64,000 bases of DNA from an uncultured Microthrixaceae bacterium (GTDB lineage Bacteria > Actinomycetota > Acidimicrobiia > Acidimicrobiales > Microtrichaceae), in NCBI GenBank assembly GCA_964450685.1, contig CAYVDN010000006.1, positions 3,532-67,531 on the forward strand, written 5' to 3'. The notes below the pieces were generated by a model that saw nothing but the letters and a program-made list of their open reading frames with translations, ran no database searches and was not told the origin of the DNA. Both the position numbers and the translations under genes were made by a program. Of the stretch, positions 55,112 through 63,112 are shown piece after piece. The stretch's first letter is position 1. Every line of letters begins with the position of its first letter.

Positions 55112-55824
55112 CGCCCGAGCTCCGACTCGTTCGGCCCGGGAGCAGGGAGTACCAGAGTCACGTCAGTACGTACCGCGGCGTCGACGATCGCTTCGGCAGT
55201 CGCCACGTCAGCAACTCCAACTCGGACCCGAATGCCTCCGTCCACCCCGATGGCGTCGTCGTCATCGCCCTGGACGGAGGTGACCAGCACCCCGGTCGCC
55301 ACCGTCGAAGTGCCGGTCGAGTCAGGGTCGGTCGAGAGCACGGTGACTCGGTCACCTGCCTCCAGGGCCCCGTGCATCGCTGCGGCAGGGGGCAGGTCCA
55401 GCACCAATTCGTTGGTCGCATCCGGACCGAACCGACCGGACTCGAACACGTCGCCGTCGCGGACCAGGTCCATCGGGCGCAGCGCGACGCGGGTGGTGCG
55501 GCCGATCAGGTCATCGGCATCGGCCTTGTCGATTGTGTTCAGATCGTCCGGTATCTCCGCTGTGACGGTTCCGAGATCAGCTGCGCTCAGAGGCGAACCG
55601 GCCGGAACCTCTCGAACTGCGACCACATAGGAAGTGGATGGTGGAGCAGTCGCCGCGCGCTGGGAGACGAGAACACCCACCGCGGCAGTGGCGACAAGAG
55701 CCCCTCCGAGAACGGCTCGACTCGACGGGCGCCTCGAGACGCCTGACCGGCGTGACCGCGCCCGTGACGAAATCGGCCCGCCCGGGCCGGGGTGGTCGAT
55801 CTGTCGGTCGGCTGTCTCTGCCAC
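55108..55824 (-). CDS. cpaB: SAF-domain Flp pilus assembly protein CpaB/RcpC-like (first gene of the operon)
   Basis: 238 aa with a GTG start. N-terminal TM is VLGGALVATAAVGVLV. The SAF-like segment is YVVAVREVPAGSPLSAADL. The CpaB-like C-terminus reads GDRVTVLST...VRVRVGVADVATAEAIV. Confidence 0.65.
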   Translation of the reverse strand: MAETADRQIDHPGPGGPISSRARSRRSGVSRRPSSRAVLGGALVATAAVGVLVSQRAATAPPSTSYVVAVREVPAGSPLSAADLGTVTAEIPDDLNTIDKADADDLIGRTTRVALRPMDLVRDGDVFESGRFGPDATNELVLDLPPAAAMHGALEAGDRVTVLSTDPDSTGTSTVATGVLVTSVQGDDDDAIGVDGGIRVRVGVADVATAEAIVDAAVRTDVTLVLPAPGPNESELGR

Positions 55825-55858
55825 GTCCTGTTCCCCCTCTAGGTGATGGCGAGAAGGT

Positions 55859-55935
55859 ATGAAACGACATGATAAGTGTCAAGGGGTAGGTACGAACCCT
55901 GAAAGCGCCTTCAAGTGTCGTCAGGGCATGAAACG
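55859..55935. promoter_or_regulatory. Mirror-arranged repeat pair in the divergent tad/HTH intergenic region
   Basis: The left arm is ATGAAACG (55859-55866), N7, then AAGTGTCA (55874-55881). The right arm is AAGTGTCG (55913-55920), N7, then ATGAAACG (55928-55935). The region is visibly less GC-rich than its surroundings. Confidence 0.35.
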
Positions 55936-55955
55936 CGCGACGCGGCGGGGGTACG

Positions 55956-56198
55956 GTGTCCTACGTGAGCACCGCGGACATCGAGTGGCTGAACACGAAG
56001 GAGAGCGCACGGCGCCTCGGCATCACGCCTCGAACGCTGTATCGCTTCATCGATGACGGGAAGATCCCGGCATATCGCCTCGGTCGGGTGATCCGGCTGA
56101 AGGAGAGCGAGGTCGCCGACTTCATCGAGCGCAGCCGCATCGTTCCGGGCACGCTCGAGTCGGACGTGATCGACGAAGAAGAGCTCGACCAGACCTGA
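55956..56198 (+). CDS. Excisionase/MerR-like HTH_17 DNA-binding protein (stand-alone DNA-binding domain, BldC-type architecture)
   Basis: 80 aa. WLNTKESARRLGITPRTLYRFIDDGKIPAYRLGRVIRLKESEVADFIE is a typical Xis-family helix-turn-helix. GTG 55956 or GTG 55965 are possible starts. Confidence 0.75.
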   Translation: MSYVSTADIEWLNTKESARRLGITPRTLYRFIDDGKIPAYRLGRVIRLKESEVADFIERSRIVPGTLESDVIDEEELDQT

Positions 56199-56209
56199 AC
56201 CGCGCGGGG

Positions 56210-56725
56210 TCAGCCTCGCCGGACGCCCGCCGCGCCGATCGCCGTCGGTTCGACGACCAGCAGTGAGCCCGCGTCGTCGGAGATGGCGAGGGTCTCGCCG
56301 AACGCAACCGGGATACCGGCGATCTTTCGGCCCGAGGTGAGCGCCACGACAGTGGGCAGTTCCATGTCGACCAGGTCGGCGAGCACATCCGTGAGACAGG
56401 TCGATGCTCGTTCGTCCCAGGCGCTGATGCGGGTTCCGGCCGATACGCCGACCGCTGTGATCGAGTCGAGCGACACGAACCAGGTGGTTGTACCCGCCAG
56501 GATCTCGACCACATCGACACCGACCGCGACGACGGTTCCGCTCAGTGGATCCTGCCAGCAGGTGGCGTGGACGATTGCGGTGCGTTCCAGCGCGCCGCAG
56601 AGGGTGTCGGTGATCGATCTGGACTCCGCAGCGCGACGCTCGAGCGATTCGCGTCGTCGCCGGTCACGCGCCGCGCTGTCGCGCCGCGCTCGTGCCGCGA
56701 TCGACTCGACCGGTTCGTCGGCCAC
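56210..56725 (-). CDS. Hypothetical protein (basic coiled N-terminus, no recognised domain)
   Basis: Trimmed to GTG 56725, with AGAGGGCGAG upstream, so that it does not overlap phoH. Third-codon-position G+C in this frame looks very high by eye, consistent with genuine coding. Confidence 0.5.
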   Translation of the reverse strand: MADEPVESIAARARRDSAARDRRRRESLERRAAESRSITDTLCGALERTAIVHATCWQDPLSGTVVAVGVDVVEILAGTTTWFVSLDSITAVGVSAGTRISAWDERASTCLTDVLADLVDMELPTVVALTSGRKIAGIPVAFGETLAISDDAGSLLVVEPTAIGAAGVRRG

Positions 56726-56777
56726 TGGAATCTCGCCCTCTTGGTCACCCGGCTTCACCACTACACTGTGCTCTGCA

Positions 56778-57794
56778 ATGCAACCTCTCGACATCTCCGG
56801 TGCGCCAGACGCGTCCGGTGGCCCAAGCGGCACCGCCACCGACGACACACTCCGGACTCTCGTTCGGGTTCCCGGCAATCACCTGATGGCCGACCTCCTC
56901 GGCCCGCGCGACGAGTTGTTGGACCAGATCGAGGACGCGTTCGCCGGTACCTCGATCACGGTGCGAGGCAATGAGATCTCCATCGTCGGTCGTGACGCGA
57001 CCCTTGTGGGCAGGTTGTTCGCGGAGCTGGTGGTCCTGCTCGAGGCGGGTCACCGACTCGAGCCTGCGTCGATTCGTCGAACCATCGACATGGTCAAGGC
57101 CGACGAGTCTCCCTCGGAGGTGCTCACCGCCGAGTTGTTGCGCACATCCCGAGGCGGTCGGATACGACCCAAGACCTCGGGCCAGAAGCGCTACGTCGAC
57201 GCCATCGGCGCCAACACGATCACCTTCGGCATCGGCCCTGCAGGTACGGGCAAGTCGTGGTTGGCGGTCGCCATGGCCGTGCAGTCCCTCCAGGCCAAGG
57301 AGGTCGAGCGCATCGTCCTGACCCGTCCGGCTGTAGAGGCGGGTGAGCGGCTGGGCTTCCTGCCCGGCGATCTGATGGCCAAGGTCGACCCCTACCTGCG
57401 GCCCCTGTACGACGCGCTGAACGACATGACCGGGGCCGAAGGCGCCCAGAAGCTGCTCGAGCGTGGCGTGGTCGAGGTTGCGCCGCTGGCGTTCATGCGC
57501 GGTCGCACGCTCAACAACTCGTTCATCATCCTCGACGAGGCGCAGAACACCACACCAGAGCAGATGAAGATGTTCCTGACCCGTATCGGGTTCGGCTCCA
57601 AAGCAGTCATCACCGGGGACACGACCCAGATCGACGTGCCCGGTGGCCGCTCAGGGCTGGCTCGCGTGGAGTCGATCCTCTCAGGCATAGACGGCCTGGC
57701 GTTCGTCCGACTCACCGGCCGGGACGTGGTACGACACAGGATCGTCCAGGAGATCGTCGACGCTTACGAGAGGCATGGCGAGGTCTCGACGTGA
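56778..57794 (+). CDS. phoH: PhoH-like ATPase (YbeZ)
   Basis: Trimmed from the 503-aa track ORF to ATG 56778. Motifs: GPAGTGKSWLAVAMAV, RIVLTRPAVEAGERLGFLPGDL, FIILDEAQNTT, VITGDTTQIDVP. Confidence 0.9.
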   Translation: MQPLDISGAPDASGGPSGTATDDTLRTLVRVPGNHLMADLLGPRDELLDQIEDAFAGTSITVRGNEISIVGRDATLVGRLFAELVVLLEAGHRLEPASIRRTIDMVKADESPSEVLTAELLRTSRGGRIRPKTSGQKRYVDAIGANTITFGIGPAGTGKSWLAVAMAVQSLQAKEVERIVLTRPAVEAGERLGFLPGDLMAKVDPYLRPLYDALNDMTGAEGAQKLLERGVVEVAPLAFMRGRTLNNSFIILDEAQNTTPEQMKMFLTRIGFGSKAVITGDTTQIDVPGGRSGLARVESILSGIDGLAFVRLTGRDVVRHRIVQEIVDAYERHGEVST

Positions 57795-58333
57795 GCGTCG
57801 CTGCGGCGGTTGGTGACCCCGACGACCCCTCGTCTCCGGTCGGCCCGGCGGTGGCCGTGGCGGACGAGCGGTGCACCGACGAGCTGGCCGTCGACTCCAC
57901 GGCAGTGGACGGAGAGTCCCTGGGGCGTTTGCTGGCCGGTGTACTCGCTGCAGAAGGTGCCCCGAGCGGGTCTGAGGCGTCGCTGTTCCTCGTGGACCCC
58001 GACCGGATCGCGCAGCTCAAGGCCGAGCACCTGGAGGGCGACGGATCGCCGACGGACGTGCTGAGCTTTCCGTTGGACGGAGTGTCTGAAGACTCGGAGC
58101 TGATCGGCGACGTGTTCCTGTGTGTGTCGGTGGCAGCACAACAGGCGCCGGACCACGCCGGTTCGGTGGACGACGAGTTGGCGTTGCTGGTCGTCCACGG
58201 TGGCCTGCACCTGGCAGGCTGGGACCACGTGACAGACGACGAGCGCAAGGCGATGTGGGGACGTGAGAGGGAGTTGCTGACGGCTCTTCACGGCCGGCCC
58301 GCACGCGACCCGTGGGGTGGACCGACGAAATGA
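57791..58333 (+). CDS. ybeY: rRNA maturation RNase YbeY
   Basis: 180 aa with a GTGA overlap to phoH. Zinc motif: VVHGGLHLAGWDH, fitting HGxLHLxGxDH. Confidence 0.9.
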   Translation: MSVAAAVGDPDDPSSPVGPAVAVADERCTDELAVDSTAVDGESLGRLLAGVLAAEGAPSGSEASLFLVDPDRIAQLKAEHLEGDGSPTDVLSFPLDGVSEDSELIGDVFLCVSVAAQQAPDHAGSVDDELALLVVHGGLHLAGWDHVTDDERKAMWGRERELLTALHGRPARDPWGGPTK

Positions 58334-59613
58334 CCAGCGCCGACGTCGCCATGCTTGTGGTGATCATCGTGATGACGCTCCTGGCCGCCGTACTGGCGTT
58401 GGCCGAGACGTCGATCACCAGGATGACCCGCTCCCGCGCTGTCGCTCTGGCACAGACCCAACCCCGCGGCGGCGGCAGAGTGCTCCGGATAGTCGAGAAC
58501 CTGGAGCGAGACCTCAACTCGGTCTACCTGTCGGTCAACATCGTCCAGACGATCCAGTCCGCGCTGGTCGGTGTTCTGGCGGCCCGACTGTTCGGTGCCG
58601 CGGGCGTTGCAATCGGCATCGTCATCAACGTGCTCGTCCTGTTCGTGATCGCGGAGGCCGCACCGAAGACGTGGGCTCTGCAGCACACCGAACGGGCAGC
58701 TCTGCTCACCGCTCCGATGGTCGAGTTCGCCGGTTGGGTCCTGCGACTCCCCGCCCGGGCTCTCATCGGCGTCGCCAACATCATCCTGCCCGGTAAGGGG
58801 CTCAAGAAGGGTCCGTTCGTCACCGAGGAGGAGATCCTCGCCCTGGCCGAGGAGGCGATGGAGCACGCGGTGATCGAGGAGTCCGAGCGGGACCTGATCG
58901 AGTCGATCATCGACTTCGGGGACACTGTGGTGCGCGAGATCATGGTTCCGAGGACGGACATGGTCACGGTCGGTGCCGACGAGTCGATCGGTGAGTGCAT
59001 CGACTTGGCCATCTCCAAGGGGCTCTCACGGATCCCGGTGTACGGCGAGAACGCGGATGACATCGAGGGGATCGTCTACATCAAGGACATGGTGCGCGCC
59101 GAGCGCGAAGGCGGCCAGCAACTGCCCATCCGTGGGCTGGCGCGCCCGGCGATGTTTGTGCCCGAGACCAAGCGTGTGACCGAGCTCCTGGCAGAGATGC
59201 AGGCGAGGCGGACCCACATGGCGATCGTCGTGGACGAGTACGGCGGTACGGCCGGGGTGGCGACGCTGGAGGATCTGCTCGAGGAGCTCGTGGGTGAGAT
59301 CGCCGACGAGTTCGACGACGAGGTGCCCAACGTCGAACAGCTTTCCAACGGCGACGTCCTCGTCAACGCAACCCTCAACGTGGACGACCTGAACGAGGAG
59401 CTCGGTCTGGAGCTCCCCGAAGGCAACTACGACTCGCTCGGAGGCATGGTCTTCGAGATGCTGGGTCGCGTGCCCGTCGCAGGTGACGAGGTCACCGTCG
59501 AGGGCGCGGCTGTGCGCGTGATCGTCGAACGGGTCGACGGCAGGCGGGTGACGAGGGTGAGGCTCGTCCGTGTCGTAACCGCCGAGCTGGCCGAAGCGGA
59601 GGAATCGGCATGA
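58330..59613 (+). CDS. CNNM/CorC-family membrane protein (DUF21 TM domain + CBS pair + CorC_HlyC)
   Basis: ATG 58330 forms an ATGA overlap with the ybeY stop. It has TM helices, then VREIMVPRTDMV, IPVYGENADDIEGIVYIKD and HMAIVVDEYGGTAGVATLEDLLEELVGEI. Confidence 0.85.
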   Translation: MTSADVAMLVVIIVMTLLAAVLALAETSITRMTRSRAVALAQTQPRGGGRVLRIVENLERDLNSVYLSVNIVQTIQSALVGVLAARLFGAAGVAIGIVINVLVLFVIAEAAPKTWALQHTERAALLTAPMVEFAGWVLRLPARALIGVANIILPGKGLKKGPFVTEEEILALAEEAMEHAVIEESERDLIESIIDFGDTVVREIMVPRTDMVTVGADESIGECIDLAISKGLSRIPVYGENADDIEGIVYIKDMVRAEREGGQQLPIRGLARPAMFVPETKRVTELLAEMQARRTHMAIVVDEYGGTAGVATLEDLLEELVGEIADEFDDEVPNVEQLSNGDVLVNATLNVDDLNEELGLELPEGNYDSLGGMVFEMLGRVPVAGDEVTVEGAAVRVIVERVDGRRVTRVRLVRVVTAELAEAEESA

Positions 59614-60554
59614 GTCGCCCGATCGACGCCGAAGGCGCCGACGAAGGGGGAACCGCGGATCTCGACTCGATGCTCGCCGCCGCCGGTATCACCTCCGATG
59701 ACGACGTTCCCGAAGGATTCCGGTCAGGTTTCGTGACGATCGTCGGTCGACCCAACGTCGGCAAGTCGACGCTGGTGAACCGCATCCTCGGACAGAAGGT
59801 GTCGATCGTCTCCGACAAGCCCCAGACCACGCGTCACCAGATAAGGGGAGTGCTGCACCGTCCGGATGCCCAGATCGTCTTCGTGGACACACCCGGCATC
59901 CACAAGCCGCGCACGCTCATGGGTGAGCGTCTCAACGACACGGCGACCACTGCGCTCGACGGGATCGACGTCGCCTGCCTGCTGGTCGAGGCCCACGCCT
60001 CGATCGGCCCCGGTGACCGCTTCATTGCCGAGCGGCTGCCCAAGGACTCGGTACTCGTGGTCAACAAGATCGACCGCTCGCAGCCGGACCGGATCCTCTC
60101 GCAGCTGGCCGCGGCATCGGAGTTCGGCTTCGCCGAGTACTTCCCGGTCTCGGCACGCACCGGTGAGGGCGTGGACCGCTTCGTCGAATACCTGCTCGAG
60201 CGGCTGCCCGAAGGTCCGCGCTGGTATCCAGCGGACGAGGTGAGCGACGTGCCCGAGCCGTTCATGGTCGCGGAGCTGGTACGCGAGCAGCTGCTGGCCG
60301 TCACGCGTGAGGAGCTGCCACATTCGATCGCGACGAGGGTCGCGGAATGGGAATGGCCCCGGATCCGTGTCGAGATCATCGTCGAGCGCGACTCGCAGAA
60401 GGGCATCGTCATCGGCAAGGGCGGTTCGGTGCTCAAGGAGGTCGGCACCCGTGTCCGTGCACAGCTCCCACCCGGGGCGTTCATCGAGCTGCACGTCACC
60501 GTCGACAAGGACTGGCAGTCCAAGGCGGCATCATTGGAGCGTCTGGGCTACTGA
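59610..60554 (+). CDS. era: GTPase Era
   Basis: 314 aa with GRPNVGKSTLVN, DTPGIHKP and NKID. KH domain: IVERDSQKGIVIGKGGSVLKEVG. Confidence 0.95.
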   Translation: MSRPIDAEGADEGGTADLDSMLAAAGITSDDDVPEGFRSGFVTIVGRPNVGKSTLVNRILGQKVSIVSDKPQTTRHQIRGVLHRPDAQIVFVDTPGIHKPRTLMGERLNDTATTALDGIDVACLLVEAHASIGPGDRFIAERLPKDSVLVVNKIDRSQPDRILSQLAAASEFGFAEYFPVSARTGEGVDRFVEYLLERLPEGPRWYPADEVSDVPEPFMVAELVREQLLAVTREELPHSIATRVAEWEWPRIRVEIIVERDSQKGIVIGKGGSVLKEVGTRVRAQLPPGAFIELHVTVDKDWQSKAASLERLGY

Positions 60555-60591
60555 GCCGGGGTTACAGGAACCGGTCCTGGTGTCAGGTACC

Positions 60592-61365
60592 GTGCGGAGC
60601 GTGGATCTGAGCGAGCTGGACCCGACGCGAATCCCGACTCATGTCGCGGTCGTCATGGACGGAAACGGTCGGTGGGCACAGCGTCGAGGACTACCTCGTA
60701 CCGACGGCCACGCGGCCGGCGAGGAAGCGCTGATGGACACGATCTGGGGCGCCCACGAAGCCGGGATCCGTTGGCTGACCGTCTACGCGTTCTCGACCGA
60801 GAACTGGAAGCGCCCGGTAGACGAGGTGCGCTTCCTGATGAACTTCAACGAGCGGCTGCTGCTGACCCGCCGCGACGAGCTGCACGCCAAGAACATCAAG
60901 ATGCAGTTCCTGGGCCGGCGCGACTGGCGGGTGCCGAAGCGGATCCTGCGGCGGATCGACGAAACCCTCGAGCTGACCGGGAACAACACGGCCATGACTG
61001 TGTCGATGGCGTTCAACTACGGCGGCCGGGCCGAGATCGTCGATGCCGTCCGTCAGATCGTGGCGTCGGGGGTCAAGGCGGACAAGGTCAACGAGAAGAC
61101 GATCCGCGCCCATCTGTACGACCCGACGATGCCCGACCCGGAGCTGATGGTCAGGACCTCGGGCGAGTACCGCATGTCGAACTTCCTGCTCTGGGAGCTG
61201 GCATACGCCGAGCTGGTGTTCACCGACGTGCTGTGGCCCGACTTCAGACGTGGTGACCTCTACACAGCGATCGACGAGTACCAGAGGCGCGATCGCCGTT
61301 TCGGAGGACTGAACGACGGCGGATCCAGCAACGGCGGATCGAGCGACATCTCCACGAGCGGCTGA
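60592..61365 (+). CDS. uppS: Isoprenyl transferase (undecaprenyl-diphosphate synthase family)
   Basis: Trimmed to GTG 60592; GTG 60601 is an alternative. Motifs: HVAVVMDGNGRWA, LTVYAFSTENWKRP, RTSGEYRMSNFLLWELAYAEL. Confidence 0.9.
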   Translation: MRSVDLSELDPTRIPTHVAVVMDGNGRWAQRRGLPRTDGHAAGEEALMDTIWGAHEAGIRWLTVYAFSTENWKRPVDEVRFLMNFNERLLLTRRDELHAKNIKMQFLGRRDWRVPKRILRRIDETLELTGNNTAMTVSMAFNYGGRAEIVDAVRQIVASGVKADKVNEKTIRAHLYDPTMPDPELMVRTSGEYRMSNFLLWELAYAELVFTDVLWPDFRRGDLYTAIDEYQRRDRRFGGLNDGGSSNGGSSDISTSG

Positions 61366-61370
61366 GCGGA

Positions 61371-62087
61371 ATGAGCCTCTACCGGGACACAGCGATCGTG
61401 TTGCGGACCCACAAGCTCGGTGAGGCAGACCGGGTGGTCGTCCTGTTCACCAGACAGCATGGCAAGGTGCGCGGGGTGGCAAAGGGAGTGCGGCGCACCA
61501 CGTCGAAGTTCGGGTCGCGACTCGAACCGGGAAGCCATGTGCAGGTGCAGCTCCACGAGGGTCGTGGTGAGCTCGACATCGTCACGCAGGCAGAGACGGT
61601 CGTCCCGTACCACCGGACCCGCGAGGACCTCTCGCGCCTCTCTCGTGCGTCCTCCTTGCTCGAAGCGGTCGAGCAGGCGACTCAGGATCGCGAGCCGACG
61701 CCGCGGCTGTTCGACATGCTCGCCGGCGGGCTGGGCGTGATCGAGGATCGCAACCCTCCGATGGTCTCGGCTGCGTTCTACCTGAAGCTGCTGGCGCTCG
61801 AAGGCCTGGCCCCGGAGCTCGACCACTGCGTCGAGTGCCACGAGGACGGCGGCCCGTTGTACTGGGCGGTCGAGGCCGGGGGAGTGCGCTGTCGCAGCTG
61901 TGGGGGTGGGCGCAGCGTCTCGGATGCAGCCCTGGCGGTCAGCAGGGCGGTGCTGAACGGTGGCTTGAACGCGGTCCTCGATCTGCCCGAGGACGCCGTC
62001 ACCCACGAGGTGGAAGGGCTGGCCACGACCAGCCTCGAAGCTCACGTCGAACGGCGGCTCAAGTCGTTACGACTGCTGCACCACTGA
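61371..62087 (+). CDS. recO: DNA repair protein RecO
   Basis: 238 aa. N-terminal OB fold: LYRDTAIVLRTHKLGEADRVVVLFTRQHGKVRGVAKGVRR. Zinc cluster: CVECH...CRSC. Confidence 0.85.
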   Translation: MSLYRDTAIVLRTHKLGEADRVVVLFTRQHGKVRGVAKGVRRTTSKFGSRLEPGSHVQVQLHEGRGELDIVTQAETVVPYHRTREDLSRLSRASSLLEAVEQATQDREPTPRLFDMLAGGLGVIEDRNPPMVSAAFYLKLLALEGLAPELDHCVECHEDGGPLYWAVEAGGVRCRSCGGGRSVSDAALAVSRAVLNGGLNAVLDLPEDAVTHEVEGLATTSLEAHVERRLKSLRLLHH

Positions 62088-62173
62088 GCAGCCCAAGCAC
62101 ATTCGCACTACCCCCGGGCGCGACGACGGGGCCCAGCAGGCCCCGTCGACAGGTCGTTCCTATTGTCCCTGTA

Positions 62174-63016
62174 TCAGGGGATCACTGCCTCATTGGTGAG
62201 TGCCCGGTAGCTGTAGACGATCGCGATCAGTGCGACCGGTGCCGACACGAGCAGGCCCACACCGCACAGGCAGGCGCCTGCCAGGTACACCAGGTAGGAC
62301 ACCAGCAGGATCAGGAAGACCTGGCCGAAGTTGTCCTTGACCCAGTTGATGCTGGTCTGGATCGCCTCGACCGGGTCCATCCCCTTGTCCAGCGCCAGCA
62401 AGGGTGCGTAGGCGGTGAAGATCAGCCAGATGATGCCGGGGATGAAGCAGAGGATGAAGCCGACGAAAGCGCCGAGCCCTACCAGGACCACCGTCAGGAT
62501 GTAGGGGACGATGTTGTCGGTCTGGGTCAGCTGCGACACCTCGGGTTCCTGCCCGCGGGTGACGCCGAGTCCAGCTCGCCAGACGCCAGCTTGCACGATC
62601 CACATGACCACGTAGGCGACGGCGCCGAGCAGTGAAGACCACAGGAAGACAATGAACCCACCGTCGTTCGGTGTGAGCACCATACGGAGGATGCCGACGA
62701 CGATGCCGATGACGAAGACGGCCACCATCAGGAGGATGAAGGCGCCGACGTTCTCGGTGAACTTCTTCCAGCCGTAGCTGATAGCAGAACCGACGTCGAG
62801 TGACGGCATCTGGCCGCCTCCGGTTCCGCCGTAGGGCTGCGCAGGAGGCGGAGTGAACCCGCCACCGCCACCGAAGCTGCCGGGCGGCGGTCCGGCCGGA
62901 GGAGGAGCAGCTGGTGGTGGTGCAGACGGTGGAGGCCCCGCAGGTGGCATTCCACCCGGTGGAGGCGGCGGCGGTTGGTTTCCGCCGGGTGGCGGCGGGA
63001 AGTTCGGGTCACTCAT
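62174..63016 (-). CDS. Integral membrane protein with Pro/Gly-rich N-terminal tail
   Basis: 280 aa. It begins MSDPNFPPPPGGNQPPPPPPGGMPPAGPPPSAPPPAAPPPAGPPPG, followed by about 6 TM helices. I did not assign a family. Confidence 0.6.
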   Translation of the reverse strand: MSDPNFPPPPGGNQPPPPPPGGMPPAGPPPSAPPPAAPPPAGPPPGSFGGGGGFTPPPAQPYGGTGGGQMPSLDVGSAISYGWKKFTENVGAFILLMVAVFVIGIVVGILRMVLTPNDGGFIVFLWSSLLGAVAYVVMWIVQAGVWRAGLGVTRGQEPEVSQLTQTDNIVPYILTVVLVGLGAFVGFILCFIPGIIWLIFTAYAPLLALDKGMDPVEAIQTSINWVKDNFGQVFLILLVSYLVYLAGACLCGVGLLVSAPVALIAIVYSYRALTNEAVIP

Positions 63017-63112
63017 GGAAGCTCTCCTATGTGCTGGAGGTTGTCGTTGCTGGAGGTTGTCTGGATGGCGGTGGGTCGGGGGAGGGGCTCCTGGCCTGAC
63101 GCCGCGCCGTGT

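Noticed and set aside
55825-55955. A BldD box upstream of the Tad operon
   Set aside because: A manual scan for TnAC-N5-GTnA found no match in this intergenic region or upstream of the flp-like gene (50659-50692). Direct BldD control of tad is therefore not supported by sequence.
55859-56056. 65-aa plus-strand ORF (MKRHDKCQG...) in the tad/HTH intergenic region
   Set aside because: It starts in the promoter-like region and runs out of frame through the well-supported HTH gene. Its composition is atypical for coding sequence in this genome.
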